From Solirubrobacterales bacterium (lineage in GTDB: Bacteria; Actinomycetota; Thermoleophilia; Solirubrobacterales; 70-9): a DNA stretch of 64,000 nt. The stretch lies in contig DATFQO010000049.1 of assembly GCA_035264245.1 (NCBI GenBank), positions 1,731 through 65,730 of the forward strand, in the 5' to 3' direction. The translations under genes were made by a program, and so were the position numbers. The stretch's first letter is position 1. Each line of letters opens with the position of its first letter. The notes beneath the pieces were generated by a model that worked only from the letters and a program-made list of their open reading frames with translations, had not been told where the DNA came from and did not search any database. Shown here in pieces: positions 63,999-64,000 of this stretch.

Positions 63999-64000
63999 TT

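Overview
High-GC (roughly 70 percent by eye) chromosomal segment of actinobacterial type, possibly Thermoleophilia/Solirubrobacterales-like; that lineage guess is inference only. I support about 48 protein genes. I found no rRNA, tRNA, CRISPR array, transposase or integrase.

Positions 1-42.7 kb are mostly housekeeping and envelope genes: 5'-3' exonuclease, carboxyltransferase, MMPL transporter, glutamate decarboxylase, Lon, an HDAC-family deacetylase, two GT4 glycosyltransferases, a PhoD-like phosphatase, PAP2, a peptide-binding SBP, a K+ channel, an LLM oxidoreductase, and two ECF sigma loci. This part also holds three GH26-like secreted hydrolases. Two of them are tandem paralogues with 8 propeller-like repeats, and one carries a 26-proline linker.

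Positions 42.7-64 kb are the unusual part.
- A visibly lower-GC three-gene operon (42978-50561, minus strand) encodes a 1630-aa secreted protein with about 27 Cys-pair/WNGTxW repeats, a 543-aa Cys-repeat protein and a membrane-anchored CARDB-like protein.
- A tightly overlapping five-gene operon (51038-61605, minus strand) is built from a duplicated module of secreted proteins that I cannot place in any family. A is a PD40-like propeller. B is about 1000 aa with four Cys-pair modules. C is about 260 aa and looks like a single B module.
- All four A and B proteins end in Cys-containing polybasic tails with no hydrophobic anchor.
- A tandem-duplicated TetR regulator is transcribed divergently. 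Another C paralogue at the window edge implies a further cassette beyond 64000.
- A copy of the TetR leader survives without its gene between a near-consensus promoter and a terminator (50828-51030). It is either an sRNA candidate or a deletion scar.

Several long perfect hairpin repeats sit in intergenic regions. All family calls rest on motif recognition by eye, with no database searches.
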